DNA of 64,000 nucleotides from Antedon mediterranea (taxonomy: Eukaryota; Animalia; Echinodermata). The stretch is taken from positions 15,274,101 to 15,338,100 of the forward strand of contig NC_092677.1 of the NCBI RefSeq assembly GCF_964355755.1, read 5' to 3'. The translations under genes were made by a program, and so were the position numbers. The notes beneath the pieces were generated by a model, which worked only from the letters and a program-made list of their open reading frames with translations, made no database searches and was not told the origin of the DNA. Positions 13,901-26,100 of the stretch are shown piece by piece (the first letter of the stretch is position 1; every line of letters starts with the position of its first letter).

Positions 13901-16900
13901 AAAAGGAATTTTCTGCACTACTTATTTTGAAGGTTTGGCCGAAAAGTTGAACCTGCAATTATTCAAATTTTTTTGACAGGTCTTCAAATCTTCTATCAAT
14001 CAATTTCCATTTGAAATTATAAATAAATTTCTTCTGATTAGAAGTTTGTCCGAAAATTTGAATCTGTAATTATTTAAATTTAAAGTTTTGATAGGTCTTC
14101 AAAATCTCCTATCAATCAATTTCCATTTGAAATAATAAATACATTTCTTCTGATAAAATGATAATAAAAGACATGGAGGAGATAAAACAAGAGGCAGATT
14201 GCCAGTACCACCCTTTACACAGATTAATCTATGCCATAACAAGAAATAAATCAAGTTTAAACAAACTTGGCAGAGATTTCCTGTAAAAGCAATGCCATTA
14301 AGATTTATAACCATCTACTGTATCGTTTATTTTAACGTGAATTTATCCATTTCTCGAATTTTGAAGCAATTTATTTTAGACAATTGGATAGTATTTAAAT
14401 TGTGCCATAAATTTAGAATAATATATCTTTCAACTTACTGAGACAATTTTTTCATATCGTTTGAAATTGAAGTTAATTCTCATCATTTATCTAATGCTAA
14501 TAGTCATCTCATCTTCCTTTTTTACATCTTTTTAAAATTTTAAATACATTTTTTAAGAAGTTTTGAAATTAAAAACCTAATTCATGATGAAATGTAACTC
14601 AACGAACATTTAATTATTTATGCCAGTTTATGTTGAATCTTGCTACAGACACATATAACAAAATAATTCTTCATCTCACCTTGCTTTCATTTTAAACATT
14701 TTAAATAAATATTGTTAATGTTAGTATTTTGTTCCTTTTGGTAAACCATAACAAATAGACTTAATATTTTGCTATGTTTTGGCTATTTGCATTGGTAGCT
14801 AACCTAAATCATTTGAAACCTGATGAATTTTTTTGAGAAATATTGTTAAGTTTACAATCAAAATGTAATTCATACAAATAGTTGTGAAATTATGAACTTC
14901 ATTCATAATCAAATTAAATATAAATCATCAACAAAGATTCCATTTGTTCAAATCAGTTAATTTTGCAATGGCAAGTATGGACCTAACCTGATGGTGAATT
15001 ATTCACTTAAAATATTTACGTTTCTTTGAATTTGTTATTACTAACATTCAGTAACCATTGCCTTGTTTTGATTAATTTATGCAATTATATTTTTTATTTT
15101 GTAGAGCTCAACTGAGAGTGCACGTCACGCATCTCCACGCAGAACGCCTCGTGAGGAAGCAAACTCACCGAGTAAGTGCTCACTCATATTTTTAGTTGTC
15201 GGTAAACAAAGTCGTTAAATCTGTTCTGTGTATTATTAAACAATGTGAATTTAATAACTACGTCATAATATAAATACCTATACATTTATCCACATTGAAC
15301 ATTTATTATTTATTTAGAAAAAATACTAAAAATATAACTTATATTAATTGAAATACAAAAGGTCAAAACAAAGTAAAGAAAAGGTCATTCAATTAAGTTT
15401 AAGTCAATAAATTAACTTTTAAACGAGACCATTTGATCTCGGCTTAGTTAAATCACATGAATATTCATTATTAATTTGATATTTAACTTCATTTCAAGAG
15501 AGAATAATTTCCAAATTAAATCGTGTTTGCGTTTATCAATTTTATTTATATATTGTTTAAAAAAGTAATCTCCTGGATTTCAGGAAAACCTTGTAAAACT
15601 ATTTCAATTGGTTTTGGGAGAGTTTCCATTTTAATAGAGTTTATTATTGGGAAAGTCAACTGTATTAATATCACATGCCATTTCACATTTTTATCTGAGA
15701 TGAATAAAAGCATAACCATTATGTTACTGTATCTTTCCACATGTTCTAGTGCTTCAATATTAACTTATCTATTATCTTATCTTATATAGGTATAAATTCA
15801 TTAAATGCACATTCAACAAGTAATGGCGGCCCGCCTGTTATAAACTCTACAAAGGTGCTGTATTTTACAGAGAGAACTGTAACCCCTTTCATGTCTTCCA
15901 TAACAAAACCGTACGTATATTTATGTCAATTGTTATCATGTACATAAAATCTAAGTCAATCAATAAATCTTGATTTACACTTGGAACAGGACGTAGATGC
16001 AATGCAAGCGAGTTGACCGCTTACTAATACTTGTTACTTGTTTGCATAGCTAACACTAATTAATTTTAAAAACAACTAAAAAACCTGGGACCTGTAACCC
16101 TTGGTAGGGACCCTGACGGGTACTCTTGTAATGTGTCAAACCTCTTATGTTTTGTTACATCTCTACTGGGAACCTAGCAATACAGAATTCTGCAGTAACT
16201 ACATTTTTTTACTGCAATAATGTAAGAGTTTAGTTTCAATTCAGAAGTTTATGAGTCACTGTAATAAAACAGTGTTTATGGTTACCCAACATAAAAAGCT
16301 GGCTAAATAAGGCTGCTAAATATATGCATAAACAGGTTAAAAAGTAGTTGTGTATAAACAGGTTAAAGAGTATAGTTGTGTATAAACAGGTTAAAGAGTA
16401 TAGTTGTGTATAAACAGGTTAAAGAGTAGTTGTATATAAACTGGTTAAAGAGTAGTTATGTATAAACAGGTTAAAGAGTAGTTTGTATATAAACTGGTTA
16501 AAGAGTAGTTGTGTATAAACAGGTTAAAGAGTATAGTTGTGTATAAACAGGTTAAAGAGTAGTTGTATATAAACAGGTTAAAGAGTAGTTATGTATAAAC
16601 AGGTTAAAGAGTGGTTTGTATATAAACTGGTTAAAGAGTAATTGTGTATAAACAGGTTAAAGAGTATAGTTGTGTATAAACAGGTTAAAGAATAGTTGTA
16701 TATAAACTGGTTAAAGAGTAGTTATGTATAAACAGGTTAAAGAGTAGGCAAAATGTAGTTACAACAAATAATGTTAACATGGTCCCTTAGTATGTGAAAT
16801 ATTGAATGTCAACCAACTAATCAATTAATTCACATGTTCTACTGTGATCTTGGTTTTTCCCATCACAACACTTGAATACTTTGTTTTGGCATAGTTTTAA

Positions 16901-17627
16901 TGGGTCTTATGGATATATGCTACTTTACCTGAAAATTTAGTAGTCATTTGTATTTGTCTCGATTGTAGACCAACTGACCAGTGGCCAATTACACCGTAGG
17001 TGTCTATCTAGTTGCATTAAATCTTAATTGATTTTAAAGCATTTTGGCAACGGACTTAATGCATCAACTACCTTAATGTCCGCAAAGAGACAAGCACCTC
17101 GGTCGTAAAATCTACTTGTACGTATGGCAATAACTAAATTGATTGCCTCTAGACTAATTGCATAGTTTTTGGACTGTGACCCACTATCTTCTTAAAGGGA
17201 TAAAACACCTTGGTCGTAAACATACTGCTATCTATGTTAATAGTTAAAACGATTCCCGTGAGTTTAATTGCGTTGTTTTTTGACTGTTACATTTTATGCT
17301 TAAGAATTCTTGAAATTGAAACTTTGATGACGTATGTTTTTATAGAAATTTATTATGAGAAGTTAACTTTTGATATTGGTAATTCCTTGATTTTGGCAAT
17401 ACAGTAGAATCATTTTTGTTTTTGGCTATATTTTTTTATCCAGACTTGGTCAAGTGACACTACGAGACTTCAAAAAGATATTTGACCGTGAGGGTCCTTA
17501 CCGATATCACTTCAAAGCACTTGATCCCGAATTTGGAACCGTGAAGGAAGAGGTGGTTGACGATGATGACATCATTCCTGGCTGGGAGGGAAAAATTGTG
17601 GGCTGGGTTGAGGAGGATATAGGATGA
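1664..17627 (+). CDS. DIXDC1: Dixin / DIX domain-containing protein 1 (CH domain end + coiled coil + DIX domain); 5' exons not found in the window
   Basis: 14 exons with AG/GT boundaries and consistent phases: 1664-1910, 3510-3652, 4873-4997, 10107-10196, 10408-10512, 10758-10862, 11259-11405, 11669-11773, 12093-12185, 12350-12451, 12702-12764, 15105-15171, 15790-15910, 17444-17627 (TGA). Motifs [23 protein letters not shown] (CH end), [80 protein letters not shown] match the Dixin/Ccd1 family as I recall it. Confidence 0.95.
2212..2378. mobile_element. PIF/Harbinger-type MITE
   Basis: TIRs AGCGTGGTTCCCACTAG / CTAGTGGGACCAAGCT, flanked by TTA on both sides; related degraded copies near 32563-32680, 44880-44960 and 45918-46010. 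Confidence 0.75.
2585..3395. mobile_element. PIF/Harbinger-type MITE (811 bp)
   Basis: TIRs AGCCCCTTTGTCACAGA / TCTGTGAGAAAAGGGCT; TAA duplication at 2582-2584 and 3396-3398; subterminal ACCGG-rich repeats. Confidence 0.78.
3510..3652 (+). CDS. DIXDC1: DIXDC1 exon, Ser/Pro-rich linker
   Basis: cttttag|C...CAAG|gtatt; phases 2/1 fit both neighbours; [17 protein letters not shown]. Confidence 0.85.
3674..3950 (-). mobile_element. RTE-type LINE 3' fragment
   Basis: Minus-strand translation [23 protein letters not shown] resembles RTE ORF C-termini; (GAT)n tail at 3674-3692. Confidence 0.6.
4873..4997 (+). CDS. DIXDC1: DIXDC1 exon
   Basis: caacag|GC...ATG|gtaac; [14 protein letters not shown]. 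Confidence 0.88.
5058..5317. mobile_element. PIF/Harbinger-type MITE
   Basis: Imperfect TIRs AGCTGTCATTTCACATCGCACC / GGCGCAATGTGAAAACAGTT with TTA on both flanks. Confidence 0.6.
6960..7979 (-). pseudogene. Decayed XPG/FEN1-like nuclease + CXC domain, left arm (inverted copy)
   Basis: ORF 7292-7729: [34 protein letters not shown] (XPG-family acidic motifs and H3TH-like CD motif). Confidence 0.8.
7980..9145 (+). pseudogene. Decayed XPG/FEN1-like nuclease + Cys-rich CXC domain (Academ ORF C-terminal part), right arm
   Basis: Frameshifted motifs [80 protein letters not shown]. Confidence 0.8.
10107..12764 (+). CDS. DIXDC1: DIXDC1 coiled-coil exon cluster (8 phase-0 exons)
   Basis: Exons 10107-10196, 10408-10512, 10758-10862, 11259-11405, 11669-11773, 12093-12185, 12350-12451 and 12702-12764, all AG/GT and in frame; heptad-rich translation. 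Confidence 0.9.
13137..13783. repeat. AT-rich minisatellite, ~18-bp unit TTTATCAACTTGTTAACA
   Basis: Direct tandem copies; more homogeneous at 13575-13783, with a recurring 21-bp variant TTGTTAACATTATCAAAGTTC. Confidence 0.95.
13938..14153. repeat. Diverged tandem duplication (~110 bp x2)
   Basis: CCGAAAA.TTGAA.CTG.AATTATT...GGTCTTCAAA...CTATCAATCAATTTCCATTTGAAA occurs twice. Confidence 0.75.
15105..15171 (+). CDS. DIXDC1: DIXDC1 exon
   Basis: ttttgtag|AGC...CCGA|gtaagt; [22 protein letters not shown]; phases 0/1 fit. Confidence 0.82.
15790..15910 (+). CDS. DIXDC1: DIXDC1 exon, start of DIX domain
   Basis: tatag|GT...AACC|gtacg; [21 protein letters not shown]. Confidence 0.9.
16328..16746. 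repeat. Minisatellite, 26-28-bp unit GTATAAACAGGTTAAAGAGTA(TA)GTTGT
   Basis: About 15 direct tandem copies. Confidence 0.95.
17444..17627 (+). CDS. DIXDC1: DIXDC1 last coding exon, DIX domain
   Basis: tttatccag|A; [60 protein letters not shown]. Confidence 0.95.
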
Positions 17628-19282
17628 ACCAGCGGGGAAGGATGATGGAAGAGAAACTTGTTGACTGAACCTTGAGAAGGATGTGTTGATGACCAAGAGT
17701 AAAGTGGGTGGTGGGCAAGGGGTGTATGTTATTGGGGGGGGGGGGACGGATTGAGAGGAGTGGTGTTTGGTGTATGGTGTAGTAAGACATATTTTAACCC
17801 ACCTACAACACACTATGTGATAAAATGCAAGCATAACACTGACTATATACAGTATTTCTGTCACCTATTATTACATACCATTATTACCATACTAATACAT
17901 TACTCAACGATTATATTAAATATTATTCCAACGATTTAAAAAAAAAACATTCAACATTGATTTTTGCATCATAATTCCATAAATTATTTAAGATTTAATT
18001 TTTCATAACAATGCAAATCAAACTATTATTTGATGATGGATATTGCCATTATTGTCCATTTTTGTTCCTGTTTACAAATATCTGTTACTGTAAATGATGT
18101 TGTTTGATTATTAATTTAATTTTGATTATTGTGTTTGGTCTATTATAAGCTAATGAATATTTAACATTATGATCGTATCCACCGAATTAGATGTCCTCAG
18201 AGTAATCATATAATAATATACTGGTTCAACTTTCATTGCCAATCCTAAAAACCCTATAGATTAGGTGCTACATGTTATTTAAAGCCATTCAGTGTATTGA
18301 ATCATTCAAAAAGGTCAGTCCAACAGCCATTCTGTGCATTTTTTCTGAGCGGGCACAGATATTTCTGAGCGTAGAATGACCGTGTAAATCAATAGGCGAG
18401 TAGACGAGAGGTCCTATTTCGGTATCACCGGCCGTTTTATATATTATGTAAGATAATACTGATAATTATTTGTAGTGTATTTTCACTTCTACAACGGCAG
18501 CGCTCTTTATTAAAAGAAATTAGTCGAAAACTAACATCTTCAAAATAAACAAGTTAAAATGAGAAAATATTTAAAAAAATATTTTGTGACCATGCAGCCA
18601 CAGCTAAATGGCATATAAAAATGTTATCAAATTAAACAAAGGTACATATAAATAAAACCAAAAGAATCACAATGGTTATCTGCACTAATGAACAAACTTA
18701 AATGTTAAACTCAAATGCAACGTAACAATGAAACCAACTTAGCTGATGGAATATCTGTCGCCTTATTTTTGTTTTCGCGTCATGTTCCCGGGAATGCCCC
18801 CTTGCATCGTGGTTAAAAAAGTTAGCATTACATTTTTATGTTACAGATTTTAATATTATAATAAAATTATTATTATTAATTGGTCACATGTTTTGCCCTG
18901 TATCTGACCAATTACCTCAGGTCCCTGGCGCAAAGGTAATGCGCAGTATTTGAAGAAAATTATTATTATTTCGCATATAACTAAATTAAGATTATTTAAG
19001 ACTGTATAATTAATAGATCTTGCTTAAAGATGCTAAATTCAATATATATTCAAATATATATTATTATAACTGCTTAATTTATCAATAATTGTGTAATAAA
19101 CAATAGATTAAAATTTATATTTAATTAACTTCTATTGTTACATATCTTGATGACGTAATTATGCTAATTAGATATCACATCAAATCAGATATATTAATTT
19201 ACTAATATTAGTTACGGTAGATGTTTATAGCTTCAAAAATATTACATACACAGTCTATATAGTTCTTAGAATGGATATTTTA

Positions 19283-19350
19283 CGAGATTATTTCTGTAGG
19301 CCTACTTTTCTTCAAGATTATTTCTGTAGGCCTACTTTTCTTCGAGATTA
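19283..19350. repeat. 30-bp tandem duplication
   Basis: AGATTATTTCTGTAGGCCTACTTTTCTTC twice plus a partial third copy. Confidence 0.85.
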
Positions 19351-20276
19351 TGTTGTTTCATCGAGTATCTCTTGATTAAACCTGCTGCGAATATATTATG
19401 TATAGATATATATTATCTATAATATATATCCATGAACTGCGCAAGTAACATGGTGTATTCTTAGAATCAAGAAAACCGGACTTATCGAATCATGCAATGT
19501 GGAATACTCATCTCAAATTCTTATCCGTGAAGAAGATGGTTTAAGTAGACGACGATGAGACACCCACATTATTTAAAACGTTTTTCTAAATCTCGCTGAC
19601 GATCCAACGATTCTCAAATACATTCGAATTTATTATTAGAATTATTGATCCATGTTACAGAGTATTTTTGACATGTATTTGAATTTTATGTTTGTGTTCG
19701 ATAAAAGTGTAGATATAATGCAATAAAAAGGAAATGGTGTTTTTAGTCCCACGACAAACGCGGTTAAATAGTTTATGGTATTTATAGCTTTTTACAAGGT
19801 GTATAAAGTAGATTTTAAAAATTATATTATACACTTGCCTATTTGTACTATACAATGACGTACAAATAGACATTTAAGCAAAATGTATCTATTGTGAGAC
19901 ATATGGTATCTATTAATACATACGTTGTGTCGGGAATTTATTACATTCTTTTTTATATATTGTATATTTTATCATTCCATCCATACAAGCTCGTTTAGTT
20001 TATGCACATTTACCCGATGTAAATATTGAGGAGAGACGATAATAATTCATGTAAATACGTTTGAGCAATATCTATCAAATATTTGTGTTTTAAATTATGT
20101 AATATGTTGGTTTGTCTTTTAATTTTGTTTCATTCTAAGTATTTCCATTAAATATCAAGTGTGTCTTTATAATTATTTGTACTATAATTATATTTATATT
20201 GTGGTAACGTTGGTTTATACGTTGTTTACTTACCGTAACGTACACAGCCTGTCTTTCCGTTGTTGGTTTAACGATG

Positions 20277-20490
20277 GTACACCGTCGAGCTTTCAGTTTA
20301 AAATGGTTAAAGGTAATCTACCAAACCGTACACGTCGAGCTTTCAGTTTGGAATGGTTAAAGGTACCGTAGTCTACCAAACCGTACACGTCGAGCTTTCA
20401 GTTTGGAATGGTTAAAGGTAGTCTACCAAACCGTACACGTCGAGCTTTCAGTTTGGAGTGGTTAAAGGTAGTCTACCAAACCGTACACGT
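20277..20490. repeat. 50-bp tandem repeat x~4
   Basis: Unit CTACCAAACCGTACACGTCGAGCTTTCAGTTTGGAATGGTTAAAGGTAGT starting at 20318, 20373, 20423 and 20473. Confidence 0.92.
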
Positions 20491-20929
20491 TGATCTTTTT
20501 GTTGGTTCGCGCCATAATCACACGAATACGTCGGTGTTTCTCCGTCATCTATTCCCCCCCCCCCCCCAAATACGGTATTCTAAAACATTGTTCGGATCGT
20601 GTACAAGTACCGTAATGTATTGATGTGAACTCTTTCTCGTTTTAATGTACATACAGTACAGTATTTAAGGCAAAGCATACAATATATTATAACTTATGTT
20701 TATATTTGTGGTAAATGTCTTAAAATACTTAGGTTGTTTAAATTAACGCCAGTACTCGGAAGATGTCCATGTCTTATTTTGACAAATTTAAATTTAAAAG
20801 TCTTACAAGCAAGGAAGAGATTATAATATAAAGTTTTGTGTTTGTAATATCGCTCCTCTTCGATTAGAAGTACAGTATAATCAGATGGACATATACCGTA
20901 GAAAATATTGATACAGCTTAAACATAACC

Positions 20930-21380
20930 AATTTGACAAGGATAAGTGAAGAAGTCAGAGCAAGGCGATGCAAATAGATAGGACATGTGTTCAGAATGGA
21001 GTATAGCTGTTTGACAACATGATGTCCAGAAGGCAAGAGGATAGACGTCCTGCTGAAATAAAACATTGAAACGAGCTGTTGCAACCAAGATTCACATCCT
21101 AATGTAATGCCATTCACTCCACTTGAAGAGTAGAGAATGGTATTGGAATGGGTTTTAGGAACGAAGCTCTTGGTAAGGCAATGCAACTGGATTGGACATC
21201 TGTTACGAATGGAAGATAGTTGCCACGGCAGCTTGAACATGGTATCCAAAATGTAAGACGTCCTAAAACAACATGGAGGCTGATGCAAGAGGAGAGAATG
21301 GCATCGGGATGGAGATCTTAGAACGAAGCAAATATTGCAGGTTTTGCCAAACGGGCCGAAGAGGATTAGTAAGGTAGGTC
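20930..21380 (+). mobile_element. Two decayed RTE-type LINE 3' fragments
   Basis: Broken translations ISEEVRARR.K.IGHVFRME..PEGKR and WIGHLLRME..RPKTTWR, ending GAGGATTAGTAAGGTAGG. Confidence 0.55.
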
Positions 21381-22864
21381 TTATTTTAATGCTAGTATAT
21401 AGTAGGTTTGTATTTTGTTAGTTTACGTTTTCAGTCAATAACGTGAGTCACGCCATGGCCATCGGTCGCGTCTTAATACGGGTGCACATAATCTGTTGCA
21501 TTTGGCTCATTGAGGGTCACTCCCTTCTACTGACGCCGAGTCGAAATCTCTCTATTCCCAGACGACTTATGTCCACAATTAATTATTTTTCGTGTGCGCG
21601 AGTACATCTTTATTTTAAAATCAGCGTTAGTACGCTAGACAGACTTTACTCCAAATAAACAACGATATTTATTGATTAAAATCTTAAAGGCATTCTATTA
21701 TATCCGTAAGCACAATAAACCATGGAACGAAATCTCGTTCAGACGAGTATTGCATACGGTAGCACATGTATGGTTTTATATTACGGCAATTTCCAACACA
21801 ATTGTTAACGATCTCGTAAAACAACCTATTTTATTTTAAACATAATTGTATTTCCTGTGATTTTCTTGTAAAAATTGCTGGAGGCTTACGCACCAAATCA
21901 ATTTATAGATTCATCTGCTATTGTCAAGCCCGTAGGCTTTTATTCCTTTTTTCGACAGAAATGAAAAATCGGTACGAGTTTCGGTTAGTTACTATGTATA
22001 GGCTAATCTTCGTTCAACCCTTTATCTCTTTCTTCTAAATCACCTCGTGCAATATGCATTTACACCAGACCCGAATAAAGCAAGAAATACCTCTTACGAA
22101 AAACGCTTGTTAACAGTTTTAAAGATATATTGTCTCCCTAAATAATATTTTTGTTTCAAATTTGAGTTATTCAATTTAACCTAAAATTTAAAAAAAATCA
22201 TTTACCTGAAGAAATGTAATTTAAAGCAAAACATTTTTCTGTCAAACAATATTTTTTTGTTTCTTTTCTTATAATACCGGCCTAGGTTGACAGCAAGAAC
22301 AAAGTAATTATTTATTTTTTTAAATGTTATAGATTACCGTCTACATGCTTAATAATACTGTATTATCAGCAAGTGTTTTCATAGACTCTCTTCTCCCAGA
22401 CGTGCCTTGGGGTTTGTAATTTGAACATAACCCGTCCGTGTTTACAAATTCCAAAACTGTCAGCTTCTAGAACTATAGCTTCCGCTTGATATAGTTTCTG
22501 AATGAGTAGTCCTCTGAGAATAGCTGGCTAAAGCCACGGCTCGAAAATCTGATTAGAGATTTTCAACGGATTAGTGTAGCAAAATGATTGAATATCTTGT
22601 CTTGAGAACATTGTAACTTTGTTCTTATTTCATCCACGTCTTTCGGTCAATAAAGTTAATGACATAATATACATATCATTTTCTATTTTAGATTAGCATA
22701 CTGTGGTTATGTAGTTTATAGGTAATCGTATCTTACAGTGTACGTGCACATTACAAAAGGAGGCGACCTAGATGGCTCTGTCTTTCAAACCTAGTTACGT
22801 TCCATCGCTGTCAACCTATGAACTGTTTAGTACTTCTGTCATTTTTTTAGGGAAGTTATTGTAA

Positions 22865-23106
22865 GGCGTGTAGGATGCAGTGTGTTGACGATGGATCGTG
22901 AGTTCGAATCCAAAGTTTGTCGCATCGCTTGTATCTGTAGGAAAGACACTTTACCTACGTTTGCCTCTCTCCACCCAGGTGTACAAATGGGTACCTGGTA
23001 TAATAAGTAAAACAAATGCGCTGATTACAGTACAGCTGCAACATTGTGGGAGTAATGTTTCCTTAGATTTGCATTAAGCGCTAATTAATATCGAATATTA
23101 TTATAT
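22865..23106 (+). mobile_element. tRNA-derived SINE with CORE-like central domain
   Basis: B-box GTTCGAATCC at 22902-22911, then AAGACACTTTAC...CTCTCCACCCAGGTGTACAAATGGGTACC and an AT-rich tail. Confidence 0.65.
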
Positions 23107-26100
23107 TCGACAAAATACGCCATAAAATAAAGGAAACATACAATGTAAAGTCTGTATAAAATTTGATATCCATGTTTATTGTATTTTAGCAGAATATTTG
23201 AACAGTAGGCCTATGTATTATATTTTATGAGATAATCAACGTATCTAGTTTCGGTTTGTTGTTAGACACTATTTGGAATTAACTTTTTGTCACTTTAGAT
23301 AGAGATACTTTAAAATGGGGTCAGTTGGTTCATTATTTGACATCTATTTGATAGTTGGTACGTAAATCTTTCAAATAAGTGAACTTGCTACAAAGTCTTC
23401 CTCTCCATAATGCCAAATATAATAATATATATATAGGAATAACCAGTGTATACGATCATTTTTTCTCATAAATTTTAAATGTTCTTGCTCATACTATTTT
23501 TTTGCAAGTTGTACCTTAATGTTTCATTTATTTCATCATCATTGGTACAGATCTGAATTAGCCTATGTGAGTGGCGTAATGTCAGGTATGCACGGTATAT
23601 CATATTCAGGACTAAGAACATGTTTTTGATGTGCACGTCGCGTTCGTTTGCGAGCCACCTAACTCGTCCTGGTGATGACTTAATCTACACTTCCATGTAT
23701 TGCCTGTTTTCGCATACTTTTTCTGCTTAATCTGATAAACATTCATTGTTTATTTAATAAATTTAAATTAATAAAAACATTTTATACAATACTGTGTATG
23801 GGGCCTATGACCAAGCCGATTGTTAATTTTATACAGTTTTTAAATATACATTTTGCCTAAAGTATAAATACGATGATACATTTATTTGTAACATCACACA
23901 AAACTATAAACTTTATTATTGCAATAAAAATGTATTCGTTTAATCAGTCAAAGAGTTAAATAATCTTCAATAAAATGATTTGGAACAGTTCCGTATTCAG
24001 GATGTGTGTAAACAGTTGAGATTATCATTAAGTTTCATGTTGATCTATGCAACTTTAAGATCGCTGGTAACCTTTTTAAAGAGTTGTAGTTATATTTATA
24101 GTATTGTACAATTTCAAATACATATTAGTTATAAAAATTGGGTTCTTTAGAATTCCGACTGGATGATACGTCACTGAGATTATAGCTGCGCTACGTTATT
24201 TGAAGTTATATACATGGAATTATACAACATCTATAATTTGCAAAACTAATAATTCTAATTTTAAAGATCATCTAAAGAATAACCTTCGTAGATAGTCATC
24301 TTTTCTGAAATAAAAAGAAAAAAAATATTGAAAATGATTTATTGTATAGACAATACTGTCTTTTCTGGTGTTTGGAAAAGTTCATGTTTTTAGTACAGTC
24401 TGAGATAATGATTGGAAGAGACATTTGTAGAATCCCAAATTAAGAATACGTATAGATTTTCTACAAATATGTCAACAAAAGTTATCTGATTTCTGAAGGC
24501 TTTGTCATACATATTTTAAGGTATTCTATCAATACCATTATGATTTTTCAGCTGTGTTTTCTCTGCCTGTGGAGATGACAATCGGCTATTCTTGATTTCG
24601 TATCGTATGTTCCGATGTTGGCGCAAATGTGAATTATTATCAATCGCATCATCTTTCAGTTTTATGTAACTTATATGATAAAACTAAAATCTGACACCAC
24701 TATTCTATATTGACAAAACTCTGTTAAGCATTAGTGCGTTTCTGTTAAAGTTTGTTTTAAAAAGAATATTTCTAGAGAATGGAAAGAAAGAATGTTGAAA
24801 CTCTTTGTAAATTTAAAACCATAGGAGACGTGATGGTATATACGATCCCGTTGTTAGTTATCGTTGTCTTGTTATGGTATCACAGGTAACCTGTTTCAGA
24901 CGTATAATTAAACATGATACTTCTAGGACTGTAAATAGATACTGTTCCTAGGTTTATTCCAATTTTCAGAAAAACGAAGCTTTGGATTGGTTCATAGCGT
25001 GAGTCGACACGAGTGTATTTTGATTAGTCCAAATTTTCCGTCATTTCTTTTGCTCTCCTATCTCTACTCTAGTTCTCAAGCCTATTTTCAAACCATAAAT
25101 GGGACTACGTGTGCCCGGGGGTGTTCTGTCAAAGTGGCTACGTACCTACCGGAGGTCTTCTAAGCAGATAAAGTTACGGTCTTTTGGCGAATAATCGCAA
25201 ATGAAACCATCTGTGCAAACGCATCTAAACCGGCTTCTAGCTCGTCCACCAATGCATGGCATATACGGATCAGCAATGCACTTTAGAAAGAAAATACAAT
25301 GTAATGTCAGTTTTCATCCACGCCTATATGCATGCATTATAATTATATTACATCATGCTACTTTATAAAACATATAATTTATATTAGAATGCATACAATA
25401 TTTTAAACATACAATATGCCTACATATAGAAATTGTACACATTGTTTTTAATAGGCGTTAAGCCTTCGTGACGTAATAGGGTGATGTGGTCATTCATACT
25501 TAGTTGATATGGATATCTCAAGTAACCAGTGGACTATTTTCTTTCGAGATCGATGTAAGTTAAAAATATTGACCTCTAATTATCCATACTCTTTGAATAG
25601 ATTAATGCGCATCATACAAACATAACGAATACAGTAACTAATTTGACAGATTGATTTATTCGATCTCTCTGCTCGTATGAAAAGTTATAAATAGAAAAAA
25701 GTAAAAGATGTATACATTTCAATTCAACGAAATTGATGAAACAAAATCCATATCCAACCTAATAGCCTTATTGCAGCTGATAAAGTTCAAACTCTTGATT
25801 CAATATTGTCGCATTGTAGGATTAATTAAAGTTGTATAAAATGCTCAAGAAAAGTAGGTCCTTTTCAATGTTCGGTGTCGATCTACTTAAGTATTATTGA
25901 ACGTTGTGTGACGTGTTCCTAGAGGTTATTGTATGTGTATTTGTATGAGGTTTGGTGCCACTGGATAGCATTACATAGTCAATATTTGTCACCGAAAGCT
26001 ATCTGTTATTGATAGATTTGGCATTTAGGAATATGTCATTCCTGAGAGAATTAACTTAGCCAAAAGTAAAGAGTTTTATATTATTACAATTTGTACAATT

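Noticed and set aside
13530-13950. ORFs with repeating INLLTF / KLINVN peptides
   Set aside because: Translations of the 18-bp minisatellite inside a DIXDC1 intron; not genes
17460-17864. 134-aa minus-strand ORF
   Set aside because: Antisense shadow of the DIXDC1 last exon and G-rich UTR; no recognisable motifs
20277-20490. CRISPR-like array (hairpin-containing repeat)
   Set aside because: Units are contiguous with no unique spacers, no cas genes, eukaryotic context
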